This document shows, one piece after another, positions 8,673-18,661 of a DNA stretch of 63,106 bases. The notes below the pieces were generated by a model, which did not search any database, was not told where the DNA came from, and saw only the letters and a program-made list of their open reading frames with translations. This stretch comes from an archaeon GW2011_AR19 (GTDB lineage: Archaea > Nanobdellota > Nanobdellia > Pacearchaeales > GW2011-AR1): positions 1-63,106 of the forward strand of contig JWKY01000007.1 in assembly GCA_000806015.1 (NCBI GenBank), written 5' to 3'. Both the position numbers and the translations under genes were made by a program. Position 1 is the first letter of the stretch. Each line of letters begins with the position of its first letter.

Positions 8673-9431
8673 TTAATTGTTTTTAAACAATAAGCAAGGA
8701 TTTATCTTAAACTGCAACATTTTTGCAGATTCCCTTCCCGCATCTCCGCCTTTTCTTTGCATCCCTATTTGTCCAATTTTTAAACTGCCTTCATTTGTAA
8801 CTCTTACATCCCCCTGTCCAAAAATATTCATAACCGTGTTAATGTCTTTTAAAACCCATTCATAGCTCTCTTCATTTTTCTTCAAAATAACAAGCATCCA
8901 ATCTGCCGAAAATTTACCTCTTCCTTTTAAAATATCCGATATAATTAAAATCTTATTTTTAGAAAAGAAATTAATAATTTTATCTCTTTCGCTTTCAGAA
9001 ATCTCTGTTAATAACATTCTTCTTGAATCTTTTAATTTTACTTTTTTTCTTGGTTGAATTTTTCCAGTGAATAATTTTAAGATTTCTTCAATCTCTTTTG
9101 AAATATTCCACATTTTAACATATTTGTCAATTTCTCTTTTATCAATTTGATTAAAACCTTGGGAATTGCTAACTAACTTTACTGACAAATTTTCGCAATC
9201 AATTGCGTCTTTTAATTTTATTGTAACTTGAACTTGAACATCTGTTTTATAGCCGCCAGATATTTTAATTGCTTTAACATATTCAATTTCTTCTAAAAAA
9301 TAACCCATAATTTTAAGCCACTCTTGAGCAACTTTATCCTTTTTCCAATTATTAAATCTCTTAATGACTTTTTCTTCATTTCTAAAACCGCCCTTTGCTG
9401 TTTCAGAACCTAATAATTTCTTTTCATTCAT
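8673..9431 (-). CDS. Putative type II restriction endonuclease
   Basis: Sits between the m5C methyltransferase and vsr with 1-nt spacers. The C-terminal ...SAKMLQFKINP recalls, from memory, the end of MspI-type enzymes. Specificity is not established. Confidence 0.5.
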   Translation of the reverse strand: MNEKKLLGSETAKGGFRNEEKVIKRFNNWKKDKVAQEWLKIMGYFLEEIEYVKAIKISGGYKTDVQVQVTIKLKDAIDCENLSVKLVSNSQGFNQIDKREIDKYVKMWNISKEIEEILKLFTGKIQPRKKVKLKDSRRMLLTEISESERDKIINFFSKNKILIISDILKGRGKFSADWMLVILKKNEESYEWVLKDINTVMNIFGQGDVRVTNEGSLKIGQIGMQRKGGDAGRESAKMLQFKINPCLLFKNN

Positions 9432-9432
9432 T

Positions 9433-10488
9433 TTAAGAATTTACTAACTCTGTTTTAATTGAATAACCATATTTCCTTTTAAAAACAGAAGAGACCATTA
9501 CTCTTTCTTTTATCTTTTCTTGATATAAATATTCTTTTATTTTCTTAAATATTGATTCCACAACGGGAACAGAAACACTATTGCCAAATTGTTTATATGC
9601 TTGATATTTATTTACTGGGATTTTAAAATCTTCAGGAAAACCTTGAACTCTTGCGCATTCTCTTGGAGTTAACCTTCTTATTTTTCCATTAATAAAATAT
9701 GCCCCTGTTTTTCCAGCAACCCCTCCCCCATAAGCAGACAAAGTAACTGCATGACCATTTATGCTATAAATTCTTTCTCCTTGCCCCCCATTATTAATTT
9801 GCCCTATTTGAATTAATTTTAATGAAGGAGTTTCATCTCTCTTCCAAAATTTTAAATCAGTTCTTTTTACAATGCAATCCTTAGCTTTTTCATCGTCTTC
9901 AAGAATATCTTTAACAAAAATTTTCTTATAGATTGGTTTTGGAAATTGAAAATCTGTTATTCCTAAATCATTCCTAAAACCCACAATATAAATTCTTTCT
10001 CTTTGTTGCGGAACTCCATAATGACTTGCCGTTAAAACTTGATAAAAAACATTATACTCTAAATCTTCTAAAGTTTTCAAAATAATTTTTAAGGTATTTC
10101 CATGAGAATGTTTTATTAAGTTTTTTACATTTTCTAAAAAAACTACTTTTGGTTTATGGTGTTTTACAATTCTTGCTATATCAAAAAATAATGTTCCTCT
10201 TGTATCTTTAAATCCTCTTTGTTTTCCAGAGATGCTGAATGCTTGACAAGGAAAACCTCCGCATAAAATATCATGTTCGGGGATTTCTCTTTCATTAATT
10301 TTAGTTATATCTCCCTTTGGAATCTCTCCAAAATTTTCTTTATAGGTTATTTGCGCATCTTTATCCCATTCAGAAGAGAATACGCATTCAGCATTTTCTC
10401 TTTCTAAAGCTATTCTAAAACCACCAATTCCCGCAAATAAATCAATAAACCTGATTTTGTTCACCATCTTATTTAGAATAACCAACAC
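9433..10488 (-). CDS. DNA (cytosine-5)-methyltransferase
   Basis: Carries m5C motifs FIDLFAGIGGF, GGFPCQAFS, ENVKNL, QRERIYIVG, TPRECARVQGFP and QFGNSVSVPVV. The likely true start is the internal MVNKIRF. Confidence 0.9.
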   Translation of the reverse strand: MLVILNKMVNKIRFIDLFAGIGGFRIALERENAECVFSSEWDKDAQITYKENFGEIPKGDITKINEREIPEHDILCGGFPCQAFSISGKQRGFKDTRGTLFFDIARIVKHHKPKVVFLENVKNLIKHSHGNTLKIILKTLEDLEYNVFYQVLTASHYGVPQQRERIYIVGFRNDLGITDFQFPKPIYKKIFVKDILEDDEKAKDCIVKRTDLKFWKRDETPSLKLIQIGQINNGGQGERIYSINGHAVTLSAYGGGVAGKTGAYFINGKIRRLTPRECARVQGFPEDFKIPVNKYQAYKQFGNSVSVPVVESIFKKIKEYLYQEKIKERVMVSSVFKRKYGYSIKTELVNS

Positions 10489-10525
10489 TAATTATTAAAC
10501 TTTGCGATTTTCATAATCCAGAAAA

Positions 10526-11161
10526 TCACTTATACAAAAATTCCAATCCTTCAATTTCTTCTTCTTTTTCAGGCTCTTTTTTTTGCGTGGTGAGTGTTCT
10601 GCCCTTGATTTTGTTATATTGAGGCATCATTCCGAGAGTTAAATATAATTTTAGCAGTTTTTCTTTTATTTCTGTTTTTTCCTGAATAGGAATTGAATTC
10701 ATTTCAAGCATTTTTTCATATACTTTTACGGTGCTGCTTCTTTTGTTTTCTTTAATGCCTCTTTCTGCTTCTTGTTTATAAAATTCTTTTAGAGATTTTA
10801 AAATTTCTGCTCTTTCTACAGAACTTGCTTCCTGCAAGCTTTTTTTAGCTGTCAAATCTGCTCTATCAAAATAGCCGGATTTTATATAATTATCAACTGA
10901 TTTAAGAAAATTTTTTGTTTTTTCCTGTCGTAAAACGCACAACTCTGCAACTTTTTCATAGCTTATTGCGGAATCAAAAAACATTCTCCTTTTTTCATAA
11001 ACTTCTCCAAGCTTTTGATTGATAAATCTTTTGACATCAATAGGAATGCCAGGATTTGTTTTTAAAAATCGCGTCAGATTATCAATCTGAACATACTCGC
11101 CCCATTGAGAAATCTCTTTTTCAATTTCAGATTTAGTCATCTCTTTTGTCAGTCTTTCCAT
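10526..11161 (-). CDS. Hypothetical helical protein
   Basis: 211-aa ORF. No family was recognised. Confidence 0.4.
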   Translation of the reverse strand: MERLTKEMTKSEIEKEISQWGEYVQIDNLTRFLKTNPGIPIDVKRFINQKLGEVYEKRRMFFDSAISYEKVAELCVLRQEKTKNFLKSVDNYIKSGYFDRADLTAKKSLQEASSVERAEILKSLKEFYKQEAERGIKENKRSSTVKVYEKMLEMNSIPIQEKTEIKEKLLKLYLTLGMMPQYNKIKGRTLTTQKKEPEKEEEIEGLEFLYK

Positions 11162-11395
11162 GGATTTTTAACTAAATTGATGTTTATAAGATTTATTGTT
11201 AAAAAGAAATAGTGTCCTAAAATTACTTTTGATGTTTTATAATTTTTCTATAATTTTCAATGCCTTTTTCTAAGGATAAAGCAGAGAGATATTCTGTTGT
11301 ATCTTTTAACCCGCATAAATTATACATTTTTATTTTATGATTTTTAAATATTTGTATTCTACTTATACGGATTTAATTTAGAGAAATATTCTAAT

Positions 11396-12679
11396 TTATT
11401 TCTTCTTAGTAATTTCCAAACAAACTCCAGCAGCAACTGTTGAACCAGCGTCGCGAACAGCAAATCTGCTCATATACGGATTTTCTTTTGAAGTTTCCAA
11501 AGCAAGTTTTCCCATTGGCTTTATTCTAACTTTCGCAACATCTCCGTTTTTTAAAAAATCGGGATGCTCTTTAAGAACTCCGCCGGTTTTTGGATCCATC
11601 TGCGCAATTAATTCAACGAACTGGCAAGGAACCTGAGCTGTGTGAATGTGGAATACCGGCGTGTATCCTTTAGCTAATACGGTCGGATGATTAATAACTG
11701 CAATCTGCGCAACAAATTCTTCTACAATTGAAATTGGCTTTGATGCGTCGCAAATAACATCTCCCCTTGCAATATCTTTTTTTCCAATTCCTCTAAGATT
11801 AATGCCGACATTATCTCCTGCAAGAGCTTCTGGATAAGTTTCATGGTGCATTTCAATAGTTTTAACTTCTCCTTGAATTCCTTCTCCTGTTCTGCCGGGA
11901 AGAACAATTATTTTTTGTCCGACTTTCATAATTCCTGTTTCAATTTTTCCAACAGGAACAGTTCCAACGCCGGTAATTTCATAAACATCCTGAACAGGCA
12001 TTCTCATTGGCAAATTAGTTGGTAATGCCGGAGCAGGGAAAATGTCAAACTGCTCTAAAATAGTCGGTCCTTTATACCATGACATTTTATCTGATTTCTT
12101 TGCAATATTATCTCCCTTTAAACCAGCGACGGCAAGAAAAGGAGTTGTGTCGGGATTGATGCCAACTTGTTTTAATAATTTAGAAACTTCTTCTTTAACT
12201 TTTTTAAAAGTGTCTTCTTTATACTCAACAGCGTCCATTTTATTTACAGCAATAGCAAGATTTTTCACGCCCATTGTTCTTAAAAGCCATAAGTGTTCTG
12301 TTGTCTGAGGCTGAACTCCGGCAGGAGCAGCGATAACTAAAAATGCAGCGTCTGCTTGTGAAGCGCCTGTAATCATATTTTTGACAAAATCTTTGTGCCC
12401 GGGAGCGTCAATAATTGTAATTTCAAATTTCTGAGTAACTATTTTTTTGTAAGCTAAATCAATTGTAACTCCTCTTTCCCTTTCCTCTTTAATTTTATCC
12501 ATGACATAAGCAAATTCAAAACCTGCTTTCCCGTATTTTGCAGCTTCTTCTTTTAACTTTTTCATTTCCTGTTCAGTAACAGCTCCAGTATCAAACATAA
12601 GTCTTCCTACACAAGTTGATTTTCCGGCATCAACGTGCCCTACAAAAACAACATTCATATTAGGTTTTGTTCGTGCCAT
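11396..12679 (-). CDS. tuf: Translation elongation factor EF-1alpha
   Basis: Contains GHVDAGKST, DAPGHKDF and NKMD, and has full aEF-1alpha length. Confidence 0.95.
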   Translation of the reverse strand: MARTKPNMNVVFVGHVDAGKSTCVGRLMFDTGAVTEQEMKKLKEEAAKYGKAGFEFAYVMDKIKEERERGVTIDLAYKKIVTQKFEITIIDAPGHKDFVKNMITGASQADAAFLVIAAPAGVQPQTTEHLWLLRTMGVKNLAIAVNKMDAVEYKEDTFKKVKEEVSKLLKQVGINPDTTPFLAVAGLKGDNIAKKSDKMSWYKGPTILEQFDIFPAPALPTNLPMRMPVQDVYEITGVGTVPVGKIETGIMKVGQKIIVLPGRTGEGIQGEVKTIEMHHETYPEALAGDNVGINLRGIGKKDIARGDVICDASKPISIVEEFVAQIAVINHPTVLAKGYTPVFHIHTAQVPCQFVELIAQMDPKTGGVLKEHPDFLKNGDVAKVRIKPMGKLALETSKENPYMSRFAVRDAGSTVAAGVCLEITKKK

Positions 12680-12824
12680 GAAGTAGTTTAAAAAAATTTA
12701 ATTTATAAACCTTTCTACATGATTTCTTAAAAAATAATTTAATCAAGACTGAAAAGAAAAATAGTAAATTTTTCATCTGTTTTCCGAATACGTCAAACTA
12801 AACAGAAAATTTTTGTCAGTTGAT

Positions 12825-13133
12825 TTAAGGAAACCAGGATATAATTTTAAGGTCTTTGCACTGGCTTAATTTTAATTTTATTTCACACCGGTCTTCCCTA
12901 ATTAATTTTATTTCTAAATCCTTTAATTTACTAATAGGATAATAATCAACAACTGTCCCGATGATTTTTTCATTTGAATTTTTATTATATGCTTTTGCAA
13001 TTACTCCTCTTTTATAAATTTTCGGTGTGTGGTGTATTCTTAATTTGTACCCTTTCAATAATTTGAATTCTACTAAATCATTTAATTCAAAATGATATTC
13101 CGGTCTTTTATATAAATCGTAAGTTGTGAGCAT
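12825..13133 (-). CDS. Hypothetical small protein
   Basis: 102-aa ORF. It is one of three co-directional unknown genes between EF-2 and EF-1alpha. Confidence 0.4.
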   Translation of the reverse strand: MLTTYDLYKRPEYHFELNDLVEFKLLKGYKLRIHHTPKIYKRGVIAKAYNKNSNEKIIGTVVDYYPISKLKDLEIKLIREDRCEIKLKLSQCKDLKIISWFP

Positions 13134-13150
13134 ATTTTTATCTTTTTGAT

Positions 13151-13474
13151 TTAATTAATTTTAATTTTCTTATAATTTCCAAAAGGTTTCCAAGCGTCTG
13201 TAAGATAAATGTTTTTGTCTTTGTCCTTCCAGATGCCTTCGTTCTTTTCAATTTCATGCAGTGGCTGAGGTAATTCAATTATCTTTTTTAATTTAAGTCC
13301 AGATTCTAAATCTTTTTTAGTAAAAGTTTTTCCCGCATCAAATTCCTTGTAGAATTCTGTTTTGTTTGTAATTTCTTTATCAAGAGTTGTAAAAAAAACT
13401 ATTCTCTTTAAAGGACTATTTTCTAAAACAGGTTCATTTACATAATGTGAAACATAAATTTTTTCTTTGTTCAT
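13151..13474 (-). CDS. Hypothetical small protein
   Basis: 107-aa ORF. Confidence 0.4.
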   Translation of the reverse strand: MNKEKIYVSHYVNEPVLENSPLKRIVFFTTLDKEITNKTEFYKEFDAGKTFTKKDLESGLKLKKIIELPQPLHEIEKNEGIWKDKDKNIYLTDAWKPFGNYKKIKIN

Positions 13475-13547
13475 GAAAAAATAATTAATAAGAAGTTTTT
13501 AAGAATTATTATTCTAAAAGATATTTATTGATTCTCACTTAAAACTT

Positions 13548-13913
13548 TTAATTAGTTGGTTTTGTCATGTCTTCTATACTCGTATTATTGAGGTGATAAA
13601 AAGTATATTCTCTTTTCCATAATTGTTCAGAAGGATCACTCATAAAATTTAATTTATCTTTTATATCTCTAAGTTCACTTTCATATTTTTCTTTCCACTT
13701 AGGAATTTCTTTGTCTAATGCTTTTTTTACATGAACTTTATTTAGATAGGTTGCACTTTCTTTATCTTTTTCAAATTCTTCAACTCTTTTTCTATAATGT
13801 TTCATTATCTCTCTTTCTTCATCAATATATCCAGAATGCATTGTTGAAGGATATTCAATTTCCCCTTCCAATCCAAAATAAATATCATTCCTATACCTTA
13901 TAATTGTAATCAT
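13548..13913 (-). CDS. Hypothetical small protein
   Basis: 121-aa ORF. Confidence 0.4.
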   Translation of the reverse strand: MITIIRYRNDIYFGLEGEIEYPSTMHSGYIDEEREIMKHYRKRVEEFEKDKESATYLNKVHVKKALDKEIPKWKEKYESELRDIKDKLNFMSDPSEQLWKREYTFYHLNNTSIEDMTKPTN

Positions 13914-13962
13914 AAATAAAAAATTAATTAATCCTTTTTAAGAATTATTATTATAGAGTATA

Positions 13963-14082
13963 TTTATTTTTTTCTCAGATTAATTTTAATAAATCATCCA
14001 GCTTCAAATCAGCTTGATTCATTATCGCTTTTAATGTTCCTTTAGCAAGTTCTTTACCCGACAATATTGGTAACTTTGCCAT
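13963..14082 (-). pseudogene. Internally deleted mini-HicA (39 codons)
   Basis: Hand translation gives MAKLPILSGKELAKGTLKAIMNQADLKLDDLLKLNLRKK*. The HicA N-terminus (MAKLP..) and C-terminus (GTLKAI..) are retained but the GSH core is missing. The ORF overlaps the hicB 3' end. Confidence 0.5.
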
Positions 14083-14329
14083 CTCTCTTTACCTCAATAA
14101 TAGAAAAAGTCGGCATTTCGCTTCTTGTAAATTCAAGCTCTTCATAAGCTTCAGGCATTTCTTCAAGATAAAGTTCAACAGCTTCTTTTATATTTTTAAT
14201 CGCTTCTTCAACACTTTCTCCCTGGCTGGCAACATCAAGACTTGGGCATAAAGCTACAAAAATATCTTTTCCATCACTTAATTTTTCTTTATTAATTACA
14301 ATATCTAAAAAATAATTTTTGTTTTCCAT
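14054..14329 (-). CDS. hicB: HicB-family antitoxin
   Basis: Contains FVALCPSLDVASQGESVEEAIKNIKEAVELYLEE. Confidence 0.65.
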   Translation of the reverse strand: MENKNYFLDIVINKEKLSDGKDIFVALCPSLDVASQGESVEEAIKNIKEAVELYLEEMPEAYEELEFTRSEMPTFSIIEVKRDGKVTNIVG

Positions 14330-14359
14330 TTATTAAATAATTAGATAGAATATTTAAAA

Positions 14360-16549
14360 CTATTGATTTTCAGCAAGTCCTTTCCTATTTCTTATTTTCT
14401 TAATAACATCTTCCTGCAGCGACGCAGGAATTTTTTCAAATAATTGGTCAACCAGCGACGAAACTCCTCTTCCTTCTGTCGCGCTTCTTAAATCTGAACT
14501 CCATCCAAGCATTTCTGCAACCGGAATTTTTGCTTTTATTTCCACGCTCCCTAATTCCTGGTTCATATCAAGCATCTGTCCTCTTTTGCTTCCAACTAAT
14601 TTTGTACCAGCCCCCATAAAACTTTCAGGAACTTCAATTAAATGAATTTGCAAAGGCTCCAATAATGTTGCGCCTGCGTTTTTCATTGCTTCTGTAATTG
14701 CTTCTCTTACAGCAGGATAAACTTGCGCCGGGCCTCTGTGAATGGCATCTTCATGAAGTTTAATATCTGTTAAACTTACTTTCATTTTCATGCACGGCTC
14801 TCTTGCCAAAGGTCCCCTGTCCATCACCATCTCAAAAGCATCCATTACCATTTCAATAACTTCTCCAATATAAACTTCCCCTCTCGTCTCATCCATTAAA
14901 ATATTTCCTTTGTAAACATCTCTTACATCTCTAATTTCATCGCTTCTCCATCCAAGACCTGTAAAGAATTTTGTAACTTCATCCGCTCTTTTTTTAACTC
15001 TAATTTCAGGAAGCTCTCCTTTCATAATGCCGTCGTAAATTTGATCGGTAATTGGTTCAACTTTAATAAAAAAACTATTGTGTTTATTTGGACTTCTTCC
15101 TTCAAATGGCTTGGAAGCTTTTGATACTGTCTCCCTATAAACGACAATCGGCGCAGAAGTTTTAACTTCTAGTTTTTTTTCTGTTTTAATTCTGTTTTCA
15201 ACAATTTCTAAATGAAGCTCCCCCATTCCCGAAATTAAACTTTCTCCTGTTTCTTCATTAATTTCAATTTTTATAGACGGATCTTCTTTTGAAATCTTTC
15301 TTAATATTTCAATTAATTTTGGAAGATCTGCAGTTCTTACTACCTCAATTGATTTAGTAATAACTGGCTGGAATAAATGTTTTATTTCTTCAAAAGGCAT
15401 TTGTTCTTTTACGGTTATTGTTTCACCAACATCAATATCCAAACCGCTTATAGCCAAGACATTTCCGGCGGGAACGCTTTCCATTTGTTCCGGTTTAATG
15501 CCGTTGTAAATTAAAACTTGCTGGATTCTTCCTTTTTTCTTTGCTTGATTTGCCCAAATTTCCATGCCGTTGGTAATTGTGCCGGAATACAATCTTCCTG
15601 CGCAAATTTCTTTTCCTGATCTCGGGTCAATTACAATTCTTGTAACAACAAATCCTACTTCTCCTTTTGGATCACAATTAAGAAGACTTTTTCCAAAATC
15701 AGATTCTAAATCTCCTTTCCATATTTTTGGAATTCTATATTTTTGCGCTTCTAAAGGATTTGGCAGGTGCTTTACTGCCATATCAAGAATAACTTCATTC
15801 AACGGCGCATTTTTCCAAACCCATTTATCTCTTTCTTCTTTTTCAAGTTCATAAATTTTATAAATATCTTTAAAACTTATATTTTTCTTTTTCATAAAGG
15901 GAATAGACAAAGCCCAGTTTTCTCTCGCTGAACCAAATGCAACACTGCCGTCCGCTACATTAACCTGCCATTTCTTTGCAAACTCTTTTTCAGCAATTTG
16001 ACTCAAGAGCAAATTAAACTCCTCAATAATTTTTGTAAACTTTTGCTGCATTTGTTCCGGAGTATATTTTAATTCAGTGATTAATCTGTCAACTTTATTT
16101 ATAAATAAAACAGGTTTTACTCTTTCTCTTAATGCTTGCTTTAAAACAGTTTCAGTCTGCGGCATTATCCCTTCGCTGGCGCATACAAGAACAAAAGTTC
16201 CATCAATAGCTCTCATGGCTCTTGTAACATTTCCGCCGAAGTCAACGTGCCCCGGAGTGTCAATTAAATTAATTAAATATTCCTGCCCCTGATATTCGTG
16301 AGCCATAGAAACATTTGCAGCGTCGACAGTCATTAATCTTTCCTGTTCATCTACATGCTGCCAGGTTGCCATTCCTGCCTCTAAATCTCCTGCGCTTTTC
16401 TCAGACATTGCTCCGGCAGCAGCAAGAAGATTATCGGTGAATGCTGTTTTGCCGTGGTGAATATGCGCGCTTGTAGCGACATTTCTAATATTTACCTGAC
16501 TAGATACAATTCTTTTTATCTTTTCAATATTTGATTCTTTTTGCGCCAT
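14360..16549 (-). CDS. fusA: Translation elongation factor EF-2
   Basis: Contains AHIHHGKT, DTPGHVDF, NKVDR and the diphthamide-region HEDAIHRGPAQV. Confidence 0.95.
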   Translation of the reverse strand: MAQKESNIEKIKRIVSSQVNIRNVATSAHIHHGKTAFTDNLLAAAGAMSEKSAGDLEAGMATWQHVDEQERLMTVDAANVSMAHEYQGQEYLINLIDTPGHVDFGGNVTRAMRAIDGTFVLVCASEGIMPQTETVLKQALRERVKPVLFINKVDRLITELKYTPEQMQQKFTKIIEEFNLLLSQIAEKEFAKKWQVNVADGSVAFGSARENWALSIPFMKKKNISFKDIYKIYELEKEERDKWVWKNAPLNEVILDMAVKHLPNPLEAQKYRIPKIWKGDLESDFGKSLLNCDPKGEVGFVVTRIVIDPRSGKEICAGRLYSGTITNGMEIWANQAKKKGRIQQVLIYNGIKPEQMESVPAGNVLAISGLDIDVGETITVKEQMPFEEIKHLFQPVITKSIEVVRTADLPKLIEILRKISKEDPSIKIEINEETGESLISGMGELHLEIVENRIKTEKKLEVKTSAPIVVYRETVSKASKPFEGRSPNKHNSFFIKVEPITDQIYDGIMKGELPEIRVKKRADEVTKFFTGLGWRSDEIRDVRDVYKGNILMDETRGEVYIGEVIEMVMDAFEMVMDRGPLAREPCMKMKVSLTDIKLHEDAIHRGPAQVYPAVREAITEAMKNAGATLLEPLQIHLIEVPESFMGAGTKLVGSKRGQMLDMNQELGSVEIKAKIPVAEMLGWSSDLRSATEGRGVSSLVDQLFEKIPASLQEDVIKKIRNRKGLAENQ

Positions 16550-16680
16550 TTTATTTTACAAAGCAAAATGAAAATTTCTTATTTTCTTTTGATGCCATTT
16601 TTTATAAGAATAAATTGAAGAATTAGTTTTTAAAGTTTTGTGATAAACTTTGTTGTATGATTTAATTTGTATTAAAAAAA

Positions 16681-16917
16681 TTAATCTTTGACTTTATGAA
16701 GAATATAAATTATTGTTCCAAGCACCCATAAGAATACAAAAAGTGATGCTAAGAAATTATCGGCATGAGTAATATTCTGAATTAATTGATATAATTTATA
16801 ACTATCTGGATATTGGACAATACTTTTTTGGATAGTATCATCTATTATCAAACCCACAATCCAAGAGAAAAGCAATAATAGTCCTTCAATAATAACAGGA
16901 TTTTTTATTTTTTCCAT
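16681..16917 (-). CDS. Hypothetical small membrane protein
   Basis: 78 aa with two hydrophobic segments. Confidence 0.35.
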   Translation of the reverse strand: MEKIKNPVIIEGLLLLFSWIVGLIIDDTIQKSIVQYPDSYKLYQLIQNITHADNFLASLFVFLWVLGTIIYILHKVKD

Positions 16918-16982
16918 ATTTAATTTAGAAGTTTAATATTTATGCTTCCTTTTAAATTTAACAGGAAAGATTATTATAAAAT

Positions 16983-17228
16983 ATGTATCATAAAATATTT
17001 AAATGTTTGTTTCCATCAATGAGAATGATAAAAATTAGTCGTTTTCTTATTCTTGGAGGCATTATGGTTGGAGTTGGTTACTTATTAATGACTATCTATC
17101 CAGACGAATCCATTTTTAGTAATTCTGGAATATATAGTTTAATATTATTATTTGGAGGATTAGGCGTTATTGGTGCAGGTATTCTCATAAAAATTCGTGA
17201 ATGGCTTATTGGTACTAATTATAATTAA
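16983..17228 (+). CDS. Hypothetical small membrane protein
   Basis: 81 aa with two hydrophobic segments. Confidence 0.35.
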   Translation: MYHKIFKCLFPSMRMIKISRFLILGGIMVGVGYLLMTIYPDESIFSNSGIYSLILLFGGLGVIGAGILIKIREWLIGTNYN

Positions 17229-17254
17229 GATTTTATCTCGCACTATCTTCTTAT

Positions 17255-17503
17255 TTAATATTCATGTCCAAAAACTATTTTCTCAGGATAAAGTTCTTTT
17301 AAATTTAAATCATAAGAAAAGATCACTCTTAGTTTTCCTATTCTTATCCTGCAACTTCCTTTTAAGTCATAATGAAGATGTTTGTATCTTTCAGGATTCT
17401 CAGAAACTTCTTCAATTTTCTTTTTAATTCTTTTTTGCTCAAAAGCATCTAATTTTTTAAAATCTTTCTCAAATTCTTTTGTAGGAAGAATCTTATAGCT
17501 CAT
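17255..17503 (-). CDS. RelE/ParE-superfamily toxin
   Basis: Contains KEFEKDFKKLDAFEQKRIKKKIEEVSENPERYKHL...CRIRIGKLRVIFSYD. Confidence 0.7.
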   Translation of the reverse strand: MSYKILPTKEFEKDFKKLDAFEQKRIKKKIEEVSENPERYKHLHYDLKGSCRIRIGKLRVIFSYDLNLKELYPEKIVFGHEY

Positions 17504-17669
17504 TCCAATCGGAAAACTCTCTATTTTTTATTTGCTTTTTAGATCTTATTAAAGATTCCATGAATTTTTTATCATTCATTAATTCAATTGATTCTACGAC
17601 AGAATCAAACTCTTCTTTTAATCTAACTAAATCCACTAAAGCGTTTTTATTAATAGATATTTTTTCCAT
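17493..17669 (-). CDS. Putative antitoxin (58 aa, below the ORF-track cutoff)
   Basis: Hand translation gives MEKISINKNALVDLVRLKEEFDSVVESIELMNDKKFMESLIRSKKQIKNREFSDWNEL*. It overlaps the RelE start by 11 nt. Confidence 0.5.
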   Translation of the reverse strand: MEKISINKNALVDLVRLKEEFDSVVESIELMNDKKFMESLIRSKKQIKNREFSDWNEL

Positions 17670-17703
17670 ATTTAGCTTAGAGGTTTAATATTTATATAAC
17701 TTT

Positions 17704-18255
17704 CTAACGAGCAGAATCAGCCTGAGACTCAGATTCCTTTTTTTTTCTGATAGCAAAACTTTCTCCATTATTTTCAAAAGCTAAAAGAATTTCTGCAGCC
17801 AAACTTTCAGCAAAAGTTTTCTTTTTATTAAATGATTTATCAGATGCTCCGTGCGTTAAATGTTTTAAAGCAAGATTAACTCTTCTGATTGGAGAAACAT
17901 CGACGGCCTGCGGATATCTTGCCCCGCCATATTCAATAGCGGTTACCTCGTCTCTCGGCGCTGAATTTTCAATGGCCTTTGCTAAAACTTCAACAGGATT
18001 TTTTCCTGTTTTTTTTTCAATCATTTCAAAAGCTTCTAAAATTATATTCATATTTCTGGTATATTTTCCGGTTGATTTTTTCTGAATTTTGTGCTTTTTT
18101 CCCCTATGTCCGGCAGTTGCAAGTTTGTTCATTAATCTTTCAACAACATTTACTTTTGTCTGCCCGAATTTTTGGACATTTCTTCCATAACTTTTTAAAA
18201 CTAATTTTGGCTCAAACAATAATTCCCTGCCATAATCTGTGCAAAGGCTGGTCAT
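17704..18255 (-). CDS. rps7: Ribosomal protein S7 (uS7)
   Basis: Contains VVERLMNKL...GKKHK...[38 protein letters not shown]. The listed start overlaps S12 by 44 nt, so a later TTG start is possible. Confidence 0.9.
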   Translation of the reverse strand: MTSLCTDYGRELLFEPKLVLKSYGRNVQKFGQTKVNVVERLMNKLATAGHRGKKHKIQKKSTGKYTRNMNIILEAFEMIEKKTGKNPVEVLAKAIENSAPRDEVTAIEYGGARYPQAVDVSPIRRVNLALKHLTHGASDKSFNKKKTFAESLAAEILLAFENNGESFAIRKKKESESQADSAR

Positions 18256-18622
18256 TTACTTTAATTACCTGATATCTAACTCCCGGAATGTCTCCTTTTG
18301 AACGTCCTTGTTTTCCGCCAATTCTTTCAATCATAACTTCATCATGCTCGTCAATAAATTTCTGGGCAAGATTCCCCGGAATAAATGCAGTAACGCTTCT
18401 TCCGTTTTTGGTCAATTGAACTTTGCAGCATTTTCTCATCGCTGAGTTTGGCTGTTTAGCTTCTTTCTGGACTTTTTGAAGAACAATTCCCTTTGCCTGA
18501 TTAGCTCCCTCAAGAGGATCGAATTTAGCATAAAGATTTAAAATTCTTACTTTATATTTGCGGTCTTTCCATCTGAATTTCTTTCTGTCTTTTATTTTTT
18601 TATTTGCGCTTTTTAATCCCAT
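18212..18622 (-). CDS. rps12: Ribosomal protein S12 (uS12)
   Basis: Contains [14 protein letters not shown]...[25 protein letters not shown]...[14 protein letters not shown]. Confidence 0.9.
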   Translation of the reverse strand: MGLKSANKKIKDRKKFRWKDRKYKVRILNLYAKFDPLEGANQAKGIVLQKVQKEAKQPNSAMRKCCKVQLTKNGRSVTAFIPGNLAQKFIDEHDEVMIERIGGKQGRSKGDIPGVRYQVIKVNDQPLHRLWQGIIV

Positions 18623-18661
18623 ATATTAACAATTGAGAAAATGGTTTATAAAGTTTTTTGA

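Noticed and set aside
11722-12308. ORFs 11722..11907, 11843..12025 and 12042..12308 within tuf
   Set aside because: They are alternative-frame or antisense ORFs inside EF-1alpha. The same reasoning applies to 15564..15854 and 16077..16292 in fusA, to 22636..22863 in rpoA, and to 25006..25339 and 27322..27504 in rpoB.
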